In this document: positions 16,262 to 24,968 of the stretch, in pieces
Numbering within the stretch: position 1 is the first letter of the stretch
Layout: every line of letters starts with the position of its first letter
Source: Candidatus Saccharimonadales bacterium
GTDB taxonomy: Bacteria > Chloroflexota > Limnocylindria > P2-11E
NCBI GenBank assembly: GCA_035493615.1
Contig: DATJHW010000135.1
Span: 8,361 to 72,360 of the forward strand
DNA length: 64,000 bases
Reading direction: 5' to 3'
Position numbers and translations under genes: made by a program
Notes under the pieces: generated by a model
Told to the model about the DNA's origin: nothing
Databases searched by the model: none
Seen by the model: the letters and a program-made list of their open reading frames with translations, nothing else

Positions 16262-17739
16262 TCGGTGTGCCCCTGGGCGACGCGCAGCTTGCCGCGGCGC
16301 ACGAGCGCGTGCTGCACGCGCGCCTCGATGTCGGCACTGCCCTCGCCGAGGAGGCCCTGCAGGTCCGCGGTCGGCACCGCGCGACCTTCGCCGTGGAGCA
16401 TCTGCGCGGCGTTGCGCCGCAGCTCGGGATCGTCCGATCGGAGGTTCTGGACGATGCGCCGGCCCAGGGCGCGCCGCAGGCCGAACGTGTTCACGACGAA
16501 GAGCGCGGAGCAGGCCGTCCCGAACCCGAGGACGACCTGCGGGCTCGCGCTGATCGCGCCAGCCACGAGCACGAGCGCCGCGCCGATCTCCGCGACGGCG
16601 TTCAGCCCGCCCGAGAAGAACGCGCGAGCGCGCGGGCGGACGGTGGAGGCGACCTGGCTGTAGATGATCTGCGTCGCGGGCAGGTGAAGGGCCGGGATGA
16701 CGATCCGCTCGGCCGCCTGGAGCAGCACCGCGATGAGCAGGCCCGCGCCGGCGGTGAGCCCGAAGTACGTGCCCGCGCCGAAGGTCACGAGGTACCAGAG
16801 CGGGAAGGCGAATATGACGACCGACACGCCGAGCCGGCGGATGAGCCCGCCGGTGAGGAAGGTCTGGATGAGCAGGGCCACGATCGAGCCGCTCGTGTAC
16901 ACGGATGCGTACAGGAGCGTGTAGTCGTCCTGCGACTGCTGCAGCGTACCGGCCTTCGACGCGGCATCCAGGCCCGCCGCGAACAGGTAGTTCGCGATCT
17001 GCATCAGGAAGTACCAGAAGAAGATGTTCACCCCGAACGGACGCAGGAGGCGATCGCGCGACACGATCTTGTAGCCGTTGAGCGAGCCGGCGAGGCGCTC
17101 CCCGATGCTCTTGGGCTGGCCCTTCTCGACGGTGACCGCGCCCTCGCCCTCCGGCAGGTGCCGGCGGAAGACGACGAGGATCAGGAACGCGAGGGCGAAC
17201 CCCGCGGCCTCGATCGCCATGAACGAGTCGGAGTGGATGACCGGCGTGAGCCCGGCCGCGATGAAGCCGCCCACGATCTTGCCCACGAGCAGCGACCCGG
17301 CGAACAGCGGGAAGATGCGTTTGCTCTGCTCGCTGTCGAACAGGTTGCCCGCGTAGACCCAGAAGATCAGGTAGATCGTGTCCTTCACGACCTGCGCGAG
17401 CACGTAGGTGAACCAGTAGTCGGTGTTCGTGACCGGCAGGAGCACCTGGGCGGCGATCGAGAGCACCGTGACGAGCCCGACGTACCAGATGAACAGGTCG
17501 CGGCGGCGCATCCGTCCGACGAGCGAGAAGATCACGCTCGACGCGACGAGCAACACGAGCGGCGCGATGACGTACGCGATCGGCAGGTACGTCACGCCGA
17601 CGCTCTTGATGAAGATCGAGTTCGAGCCGACCTTGCCGACCCAGTTCGCGATCACCGTGATCGACAGGAGCGTGTAGAGGAGGAACACGATCGGGCGCTC
17701 CTCACGCCGCACCGGGAACAGGTCGCGCAGCCAGCTCAT
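16258..17739 (-). CDS. TLC (ATP/ADP-translocase-like, Npt1/2 family) MFS-type transporter with C-terminal HEAT repeats
   Basis: 493 aa, about 12 TM segments. N-terminus LFPVRREERPIVFLLYTLLSIT resembles the TLC family start. C-terminal soluble tail with HEAT-like SDDPELRRNAAQMLHGEG. Confidence 0.5.
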   Translation of the reverse strand: MSWLRDLFPVRREERPIVFLLYTLLSITVIANWVGKVGSNSIFIKSVGVTYLPIAYVIAPLVLLVASSVIFSLVGRMRRRDLFIWYVGLVTVLSIAAQVLLPVTNTDYWFTYVLAQVVKDTIYLIFWVYAGNLFDSEQSKRIFPLFAGSLLVGKIVGGFIAAGLTPVIHSDSFMAIEAAGFALAFLILVVFRRHLPEGEGAVTVEKGQPKSIGERLAGSLNGYKIVSRDRLLRPFGVNIFFWYFLMQIANYLFAAGLDAASKAGTLQQSQDDYTLLYASVYTSGSIVALLIQTFLTGGLIRRLGVSVVIFAFPLWYLVTFGAGTYFGLTAGAGLLIAVLLQAAERIVIPALHLPATQIIYSQVASTVRPRARAFFSGGLNAVAEIGAALVLVAGAISASPQVVLGFGTACSALFVVNTFGLRRALGRRIVQNLRSDDPELRRNAAQMLHGEGRAVPTADLQGLLGEGSADIEARVQHALVRRGKLRVAQGHTE

Positions 17740-19295
17740 GCCGTCACCGGTTCAGCAGCCGGGACACGGGCCGCGGCCGGGATGGTGAACTCGACGATCG
17801 CTCCGGACTGCCCGCCGTTGGCGACGCCGATCTTGCCGCCGTGCAGCTCGACCGCCAGCTTGCAGAACGCGAGACCGAGACCGGTGCCGCCGCGGCTGCG
17901 CCCGGTGTCGGTCTGATAGAAGCGATCGAAGACGTGCGCCGCGTCGGCCTCCGGGATGCCGGGACCCGTGTCGGTGACCCGGACGACGATGCTGTCTGCG
18001 GATGCGGGCTCGGCGTCGATGGTCACGCTGCCGCCGCCCGGGGTGTGCTTGATCGCGTTCGAGACGAGGTTCGTGAGCACGCGCACGATCAGACCGGCGT
18101 CGATGAACACCGTGGTGTCGTCGGGAATGCGCTCGACGAGCGCGATACCCTTGGCCATCGCTTCGGGGATGAGCTGGGCGAAGCTCCGCTTCACGACGTC
18201 GGCGAGCTTGTTCACCCCGGCGACCGCCTCGAGGCGTCCTTCTTCCATCTTGTAGACGTCGAGCAGCGCGTTGACCATTCGCAGGACCTCGGCGATGTTC
18301 GCTTCGGAGAGGCCGAGCAGCTGCGCGAACTCCGGGCGGTCCGGCGTGAGCTCGCCCATCCGGGCGAGCTGGAGGAACGCGACCACGCTGTTCGCCAGGT
18401 TGCGGATGTCGTGGCCGAGCATCCCGATGAGCTCCTGGCGTGAGCTCTCGAGCCGCTTGAGGTCCTCGTTCTTGTTCCGCAGATCGTCCTGCAGCCGCTT
18501 CATGTAGATGGCGTTGCGGACGCGGGCGAACAGCTCGACCGGCTCGACGGGCTTGTTGACGTACATGATCCCGCCCGCCTCGAAGCCCTGGGCGACGTCC
18601 TCAGGACGATCGCGCGCGGTGACGAAGACCACCGGGATGTTCGCGGTCTTCGGATCGCCCTTCAGGAGACGCGTCGCCTGCCAGCCGTCGAGGCCCGGCA
18701 TCATGATGTCCATCAGGATCAGATCGGGCTGTTCCTTCGTCGCGATCGCGATCGCGTCGTGACCGTTGCTCGCGGTGAGCGTCTCGTAGCCGTTGCCGCC
18801 GAGCCGGCGGACGATCAGCTCGACGTTCGAGGGCTCGTCGTCGACGACGAGCACCCGTCCGAGTCGCTCGGCCGGGCTGATGCCCGAGGCCGATAGCTCG
18901 GACGGGCGCATCGCGGCCTTCGGCGCCGAGCCGTCGGTGAAGTACTTGCCCAGCAGGACACGCAGCTCAGCGGGGGCGTAGGGCTTCGTCACGAAGTCGT
19001 CGCAGCCGGCCTCGCGCGCACGTTCACGATCGGCGTGCATCGCGAGGGCCGACACGGCGATGATCGGGATCTTCTTGGCCCACGGCTCCTCGCGGATCGC
19101 GCGCGTGACCGACCATCCGTCGAGCTTCGGGAGCAGCAGATCCACCAGGACGGCGTCGGGATGCTCGCGGCGGGCGATCTCGAGCCCGGACAGTCCATCG
19201 GTCGCCGTGAGCGCCTCGTGGCCGGCGCCGCGGACGATCCGGCGCGCGACGTCCAGGTTGTTGGCCTCGTCCTCGATGATCAGGATGCGTGCCAT
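17736..19295 (-). CDS. Hybrid histidine kinase, REC-REC-HisKA-HATPase_c (cytoplasmic)
   Basis: 519 aa. Two receiver domains (ILIIEDE.. and VLVVDDE..). H-box MLGHDIRNL. N/G boxes. ATGA-type overlap with the upstream kinase. Confidence 0.85.
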   Translation of the reverse strand: MARILIIEDEANNLDVARRIVRGAGHEALTATDGLSGLEIARREHPDAVLVDLLLPKLDGWSVTRAIREEPWAKKIPIIAVSALAMHADRERAREAGCDDFVTKPYAPAELRVLLGKYFTDGSAPKAAMRPSELSASGISPAERLGRVLVVDDEPSNVELIVRRLGGNGYETLTASNGHDAIAIATKEQPDLILMDIMMPGLDGWQATRLLKGDPKTANIPVVFVTARDRPEDVAQGFEAGGIMYVNKPVEPVELFARVRNAIYMKRLQDDLRNKNEDLKRLESSRQELIGMLGHDIRNLANSVVAFLQLARMGELTPDRPEFAQLLGLSEANIAEVLRMVNALLDVYKMEEGRLEAVAGVNKLADVVKRSFAQLIPEAMAKGIALVERIPDDTTVFIDAGLIVRVLTNLVSNAIKHTPGGGSVTIDAEPASADSIVVRVTDTGPGIPEADAAHVFDRFYQTDTGRSRGGTGLGLAFCKLAVELHGGKIGVANGGQSGAIVEFTIPAAARVPAAEPVTA

Positions 19296-21598
19296 CAGTC
19301 CGCTCCCGCCGCGGCGACGGCAGCGCGAACGTGCACCGGCATCGTGAAGCTGAAGGTGGCCCCGCCCCTGGGACCGCTCTCGACCCAGATCCGGCCACCG
19401 TGAAGCGCCACGAGGCGCTTGCTGATCGCGAGGCCGAGACCCGTTCCGCCATAGCGGCGCGTCGTGGAGGCGTCGGCCTGCCGGAACTCGTCGAAGATGT
19501 ACGCCTGCGCCTCGCTGCTGATCCCGATGCCGGTGTCGGCGACGGACACGGTGACCCAGCCCTCGCCGCTGGTCGCTGAGACGGTCACCGCGCCCTTGTC
19601 GGTGAACTTCACGGCATTGGACATGAGATTGACCAGCACCTGACGGAAGCGGGCGCGGTCCGCGAGGATCGTCGGCAGATCCTGTGGGATATCCGCGCGC
19701 ACCTCGAGATCCTTCGAATCGGACTGCGGGCGCACGAGCGCCACCACGTCCTCGACGATCGGGAGGACGTCGACGTCCTCGACGGTGATCTCCATGCGGC
19801 CGGCCTCGATCTTCGAGAGGTCGAGCAGGCCATTGATCAGGCCGAGGAGATTGTCGGCTGCGGTCGTAACGCGCTGCAGGTCCGCCTCCTGCTGGGCGTT
19901 GAGCTCCCCGTCGAGGCCGTCGAGCATGAGCTTCGAATACCCGATGATCGCGTTCATCGGCGTGCGGAGCTCGTGCGAGACGTTCGCGAGGAACTCGCTC
20001 TTCAGGCGGTTGGCGCGCTCGAGCTGGAAGTTGTTGTCTCGCAGCTCGCCGACCAGATCGGCGTTCTCCTTCGCGACCGACACCAGCCGCGCGACGGTCC
20101 GGAGCGTCCGGGCCTCGGACTCGGTGATCTCGGATTCACCCTTGAAGTACACCGACAGCAGGCCCGTGATGCTCCCGCGGGTGGACAGCGGAACGTGCGC
20201 GGCGCTGCGCAGGGCCCCGTTCTGGATGTCGGAACGCTGCACGACGTCCGGGTCCCCGCTCTTGGCGCTCAACACGTCGGACGCGATCGCCGTCGCGGTG
20301 TCCGGCTCGATGTTCGTGGTGCTCGCGGCAACGAGCTGCGGCTGGCCGCCCACGCCATCGCGCAACACGATGGCCGCCGCGTCGGCCTTCACGAGCGAGA
20401 CCAGCCGGTTCAACGATTCGGCGAAGATGCGTTCACGGTCGGTCACGCCGACGACGGCATCGGAGACCGCGTTCACGGTGCGCACCTCGTCGAGATACTC
20501 CTGCTGCGCGCGATCGCGTTCCTGGAGCGACCGGGCCATCGTGTCGAACGCCCGCTCGAGCGTGCCGACCTCATAGGCGGAGCGGACTTCGATCCGCACC
20601 CCGAGGTCGCCGGCCTCGATCTTCTGGGCCGCGTCCGCGAGGTGCTCGAGCGGGTTCGTGATCGTCCGCGCCGAGCGGTAGGACAGGACGATGACCGCGG
20701 CGATCACGCCGACGAGCAGCCCACCAAGGATCACGAACAGCGACCGCTGGGCATCCTCGACCGGTGCCGCCGCGACGAGCACGCCGAGGAGGAGCGGATC
20801 GGCGTTGGCGGTGTGGGTGCGCTCGAGGCTGAAGATCCCGAAGTAGCTCGCTCCATGTACGTTGATCGTCTTCGAGATCAAGTCGGTGGGCGAGTTGTCG
20901 ACGTCCGCGCTCGTCGGGAACTGGGCGACCTCGTCGCTGTCGATCCCAAGAGTCGCGGCTCGCGGTTGTCCGCGCCAGAGGATCGCAATTTGCGAATCCG
21001 AGTTTGACTGGATCGCCTGGAGGAAGCTCTGATCGAGGACCGTGCCGACCATGACGTAGCCGAGCACCACGGTGTTCGCATCGTCGCGCACGATCGACAG
21101 CGCGCGTACGGTCACGCCGGCCGGCTCGTCGTAGAGCACGTAGGCCTGCTCGGGGCTCGCGTTCGCTCGCGCGAGCAGGTCGGCTCCAAGCGTCTCGCGT
21201 GGCGCGACGTCCTGGCCGCCGGTTATGACGTTGCCCTTGGCGTCGGCGTAGCTGAGGATGTCGGCGCCGATGCTCGCCTTCGCGAAGATCAGGAAGGCTT
21301 GCATGGCTGCGACATCGGATGGATCGCGGGTGCTTTGAAATGGTGCCCCGAGGCGCTTCGTCGTCGGAAGGCCGGCCACGAACCGCGCGCCGCGGGTCGC
21401 CGTGACGACGCGCGCTTCGATCGCCGAAGTTGCCGTGTTCGCGATGACGGCGGCCTCGTCCTGGAACCGGGCTTGGACGAGGTCGTTCGACACGTACTGG
21501 GCGACGAACACGATGACCAGAGCCGCGAGGATGCTGACGGTCGCCGTGCGGAACACGAGGACGCGCAGCAAGCTCGGTGGTGCGATCCGCCTTAGCAT
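19295..21598 (-). CDS. Sensor histidine kinase with periplasmic sensing domain, HAMP, GAF, HisKA, HATPase_c
   Basis: Starts ATG 21598 (MLRRIAPPS) inside track ORF 19295..21952. TM-flanked ~300 aa extracytoplasmic domain. HAMP, GAF, VSHELRTP H-box. Catalytic G1/G2 boxes. Confidence 0.85.
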   Translation of the reverse strand: MLRRIAPPSLLRVLVFRTATVSILAALVIVFVAQYVSNDLVQARFQDEAAVIANTATSAIEARVVTATRGARFVAGLPTTKRLGAPFQSTRDPSDVAAMQAFLIFAKASIGADILSYADAKGNVITGGQDVAPRETLGADLLARANASPEQAYVLYDEPAGVTVRALSIVRDDANTVVLGYVMVGTVLDQSFLQAIQSNSDSQIAILWRGQPRAATLGIDSDEVAQFPTSADVDNSPTDLISKTINVHGASYFGIFSLERTHTANADPLLLGVLVAAAPVEDAQRSLFVILGGLLVGVIAAVIVLSYRSARTITNPLEHLADAAQKIEAGDLGVRIEVRSAYEVGTLERAFDTMARSLQERDRAQQEYLDEVRTVNAVSDAVVGVTDRERIFAESLNRLVSLVKADAAAIVLRDGVGGQPQLVAASTTNIEPDTATAIASDVLSAKSGDPDVVQRSDIQNGALRSAAHVPLSTRGSITGLLSVYFKGESEITESEARTLRTVARLVSVAKENADLVGELRDNNFQLERANRLKSEFLANVSHELRTPMNAIIGYSKLMLDGLDGELNAQQEADLQRVTTAADNLLGLINGLLDLSKIEAGRMEITVEDVDVLPIVEDVVALVRPQSDSKDLEVRADIPQDLPTILADRARFRQVLVNLMSNAVKFTDKGAVTVSATSGEGWVTVSVADTGIGISSEAQAYIFDEFRQADASTTRRYGGTGLGLAISKRLVALHGGRIWVESGPRGGATFSFTMPVHVRAAVAAAGAD

Positions 21599-21627
21599 CA
21601 GCTGTCGGTCGCCCTCTTCCCTCGCGC

Positions 21628-22479
21628 CTACTCGCCCGCGATGATCTTCTGGCCCTCGGGGCTCTTGACGAAGTCCAGGAGCGCCTTGATGGCCGGCTTC
21701 ACCTTCGCTGGGTCCCCGTTGGTGGTCATGTAGCTCGGCTTCGAGATCTTCCAGGATCCGTTGTTCAAGTTCGCGAGCGTCGGCTGGACCCCGTCCATGC
21801 CGATCAGCTTCATCGTTGGGTCCTTCAGGTTCTTCGCCGAGAGGGTGACCGAGCCGATCGAGCCCTTGAACGCGCCGATCGCTTTGATCGTGTCGCTGGA
21901 TTCGAAGATCTCCTGCACGTCGGAGGAGTAGACGGGTGTTGCGGAGGCCCACACGTACGACTCGATGGTCGTTCGGGTCGAGCTCGCAGCCTCACGGCGA
22001 AACGCCTTGATCGGGCCGGCGGAGCTGCCGAGCTCCGACCAATCCTTGATCTGGCCGGCGTAGATCCGCGCCACTTCATCCTTGGTCAGATTGGTGACCG
22101 GGTTGGCGGCGTTCACCGCCATGGAGGTGCCGGTGAAGCCGATCGGCGTGAGCGTGATCTTCGGCTCGGTCGGGCGCAGATCGCGCCCGATGTAGCCGAA
22201 GTCCACGTCACCGGTGTTCACGTTGACGATGCTCGTCTCGGTGTCGATGTCGTTCAGCTTGAAGTTGACGCCCGGGTGCAGCTGCGAGAACCGCGTGATC
22301 AGGGCCGTCATCTGCGGGTTCGCCCCGTTCGCGCCGGCGGCCACGTAGTCTCCGGCCAGCGGGTCTTTGGTTCTGACCGGGGTCGGCAGGACGGAACCGG
22401 GCCCTCCGGCGCATGCCCCGAGGACCATCAACGCCGCGACCAGGAGCCCGACTCCCCGCCCCCACTGCCGGATATCCAA
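21628..22479 (-). CDS. PstS-like (PBP_like_2) periplasmic substrate-binding lipoprotein, first gene of the signalling operon
   Basis: 283 aa. Signal peptide + LGAC lipobox. LTKDEVARIYAGQIKDW motif typical of phosphate-binding-protein-like domains. Confidence 0.7.
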   Translation of the reverse strand: MDIRQWGRGVGLLVAALMVLGACAGGPGSVLPTPVRTKDPLAGDYVAAGANGANPQMTALITRFSQLHPGVNFKLNDIDTETSIVNVNTGDVDFGYIGRDLRPTEPKITLTPIGFTGTSMAVNAANPVTNLTKDEVARIYAGQIKDWSELGSSAGPIKAFRREAASSTRTTIESYVWASATPVYSSDVQEIFESSDTIKAIGAFKGSIGSVTLSAKNLKDPTMKLIGMDGVQPTLANLNNGSWKISKPSYMTTNGDPAKVKPAIKALLDFVKSPEGQKIIAGE

Positions 22480-22607
22480 AGCTCGCCTCCATCAAATGAT
22501 TCGCGCGGACCGTCAGATGCTCCGCCAGTCGGTGTAGGCCGGCATCCCTCAAGGGGGGGAAGCACGGGGGCCAAATCGGCCTATTTCCGTACAGAACGGC
22601 CGGGGAG

Positions 22608-22666
22608 AGGGCCTGGCCCGGGATCCCGGCCAACGGCCCGGTACCGCGACCAGGGCCTGGCCCGGG
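22608..22666. repeat. Two copies of palindromic 15-mer AGGGCCTGGCCCGGG (core GGGCC-T-GGCCC), 44 bp apart, in the 580-bp leader upstream of the signalling operon
   Basis: Exact direct repeat at 22608-22622 and 22652-22666. Each copy is internally palindromic. Confidence 0.6.
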
Positions 22667-23061
22667 CATCGCCCCCCATGAAGGCCAGGGGCTCGGTCGG
22701 TCGCAGCCCTGCGGCGATGACCGACCGGCGGGCGCAGCGTCGCCATCCCGGACCGGGCGCGATCCCGCTGAGCCTGGCGATGGACGCCGGCTTCCATCCG
22801 CGCTCGATGTCAATCGCATCGCGCGAGATCACAGCTCGCACGAGCATCCCCGCGGCGCGGGCGCTGGTCCCGGTCGCGCATCTCCACCGAGATTGTCAGC
22901 CGCGATCGCCGCCGGCGTTCGAGTGGATGTCCCGACCGCGCTCTCGTGATGCCCGCGCCGTACGACAGCCGACGCTTCGGCTATCGCCTCCCGTTGATTG
23001 ATCGCATCGCCACGGCCCTGCGCGTGGTTCCGCTAAACTCGAGGTCCCGAGGGCGTCGCGC

Positions 23062-23134
23062 GGAGACGCTGGTGTAATGGCAGCACAACGGGTTGTGGAC
23101 CCGTTTGTAGCGGTTCGAAACCGCTGCGTCTCCC
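23062..23134 (+). tRNA. tRNA-His (anticodon GTG) with genomically encoded G-1
   Basis: Cloverleaf by hand. Acceptor GAGACGC/GCGTCTC with an extra 5' G pairing discriminator C. Anticodon stem ACGGG/CCCGT with loop TTGTGGA. T-arm AGCGG-TTCGAAA-CCGCT. Confidence 0.8.
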
Positions 23135-23197
23135 GGATCGAAGCCCGGCGCGGGCTGCCGAGGCAGCCCGCGCACCATGGTCTGGCCGGCTAACCGC

Positions 23198-24346
23198 TCA
23201 CGGTCGCGGGATCGACTGCGCGAGCGGAACGGGCACGACCACCCTGAACGCCGTGTCGAATGCCGGCACGCTCGACGTCGCGGCGCGCGCCACGACGGCC
23301 GATCGGGCGATGGCCTGCGGCGTCGGTGGCGCGACGCCCACCTTGGGTGCGAGCGCGTACGGCTGATCCGCGTACCGCTCGAGCGACGGTGCGTCACCGG
23401 CTCGCTCGCTGATGCCGACGCCCTCGGTTGATCCTGCGGCGACGGAGTCGGTCAGCTCGACGGCGGGCTGGCCTTGGTCCTCGACCTTCGTCCTGACGTC
23501 GACGAGCGATCCGCCGGTGACCGATCCGCCGCGCGCGCGATGCGTGGTGATCGTGCCATCTGGCACACCCGGCAGCGTCACGACGAGCTGGCCGTCGACG
23601 ATCCGAAGCTGGGCACCGGGCGTCTGCAGGATCCTCTTGCCGTGGTGGAGTCCATTCGCGCGGCCGAACGTGTCGACGACCAGCGCATTCGGGTCACCGA
23701 TGGTCACCGTCACGGTGCGCTCGGTCTTCGGCGCCGGTGCCGGCTCGGATGGTGCCTCGCCCTTCCGCGTCGTGGTCTGCTGTCCCGGGAGCGTGAGCAC
23801 CGTTCCGATGCCCTGCGCGTCGCTGTTGGCCACGGCGCCTTCGGTCGTCGTCTCGGTCGTCGTGCCGTCCGGCGCGACGGCGACGGTGAACTGCGTTCCC
23901 CGCACGGATGCGGTCGCGGTGGAGGTGTGGATCTCGTACCTCGAACCGGTGGTGAGAAGATGGGTCACCACGTTCCACGTCATACCGAGGTGCTGCTGCA
24001 TCACGATGATGGTGTCGCCATTCGGGTCCGATCGCGCGGCGTCGATGCTGAGCTCGGTGCCCGGCTCCATCTCGACGGTCGAGCCCTCGAAGTACGTGAG
24101 CACGGCACGCGCATCCGCGCCGGTCATGACGCTGTCCCCCGCGACGAGCACCGCGCCGTCGGCGGCCGACCCGAAGTCACCGCCGGCGTGCCGGATCCAT
24201 ACGGACCCGGACAGGATCGTGAGTGTTGACGCGCCCGACGCGGCGGCCTGGCCGGCCGGTACGAGCGCACCGGTTGCTCCCAACATGATCGCGGCGACGA
24301 ACGCCACACCGGTGGCCGTGATTCCCAGACGCAAGCGCCTGTTCAT
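23198..24346 (-). CDS. Secreted FecR-domain protein
   Basis: About 383 aa. Signal peptide/TM. FecR-like beta region LTILSGSVWIRHAGGDFGSAADGAVLVAGDSVMTG. Thr/Pro-rich linker. Confidence 0.6.
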   Translation of the reverse strand: MNRRLRLGITATGVAFVAAIMLGATGALVPAGQAAASGASTLTILSGSVWIRHAGGDFGSAADGAVLVAGDSVMTGADARAVLTYFEGSTVEMEPGTELSIDAARSDPNGDTIIVMQQHLGMTWNVVTHLLTTGSRYEIHTSTATASVRGTQFTVAVAPDGTTTETTTEGAVANSDAQGIGTVLTLPGQQTTTRKGEAPSEPAPAPKTERTVTVTIGDPNALVVDTFGRANGLHHGKRILQTPGAQLRIVDGQLVVTLPGVPDGTITTHRARGGSVTGGSLVDVRTKVEDQGQPAVELTDSVAAGSTEGVGISERAGDAPSLERYADQPYALAPKVGVAPPTPQAIARSAVVARAATSSVPAFDTAFRVVVPVPLAQSIPRP

Positions 24347-24518
24347 TCCTACCCCCGTGCGCGAACTCCCCATGGCCGCGAACCCGAGCGGCGCGGCCGC
24401 CTGTGCGGGACGCTCGAACTAACGAGAGGGCGTCACCACCGGTAGGGGGCTGTTCGGCGGCTCTCGTATCTAACAGGTGACAGCCCGCTTGTTCGCTCGA
24501 AAATGGGCCGTTTTTCGG

Positions 24519-24968
24519 CTATTCGCGGGGTGGCGAATACTCCGACACCGGTACCAGGAACGGACGCGTGCGTCCCGGCTGCACCGTCAACGGCTCCGGC
24601 AGCCCGGGTTTCGCAAAGACCGCGACGCGCAGTCCGTGCAGCCGCTCCGTGCGCCGTTCCCACTTCGTGCCGCACACCGGACAGAAGAACTCACCGTCCG
24701 TCATTCGATCGCCGTAGTGCAGCAGGATCTTCGCGCAGCAGCGTTCGACATTCGGCTCGTGGCCGTCCTGCGCGGCCAGATACGGGAACGTCGCGGCCGG
24801 CCCTTTCCGATCGCGCCGGACGAACGCACGGCCATCGCCTCGGGTGAACGTATCCGCCGCGGTCTTGCGCCAGGACGTCGCGTCTTCAGGACAGCTGAAG
24901 GTCGTACCGTCCTTGTAGAAGCCGCCCCATTCGATGATCCAGTCCTCGCAGCAGTCCGAGAGGATCAC
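24519..24968 (-). CDS. Cysteine-rich hypothetical protein (7 Cys: CC, C, CC, CPVC), translationally coupled to argF
   Basis: GTG 24968 overlaps the argF stop (GTGA). 149 aa. Cys clusters suggest Zn/metal binding. No family recognised. Confidence 0.5.
   Translation of the reverse strand: MILSDCCEDWIIEWGGFYKDGTTFSCPEDATSWRKTAADTFTRGDGRAFVRRDRKGPAATFPYLAAQDGHEPNVERCCAKILLHYGDRMTDGEFFCPVCGTKWERRTERLHGLRVAVFAKPGLPEPLTVQPGRTRPFLVPVSEYSPPRE

Noticed and set aside
23062-24400. Possible genomic island at tRNA-His
   Set aside because: No integrase, no att-like direct repeat of the tRNA 3' end, and the flanking genes (FecR-like, argF) look chromosomal.
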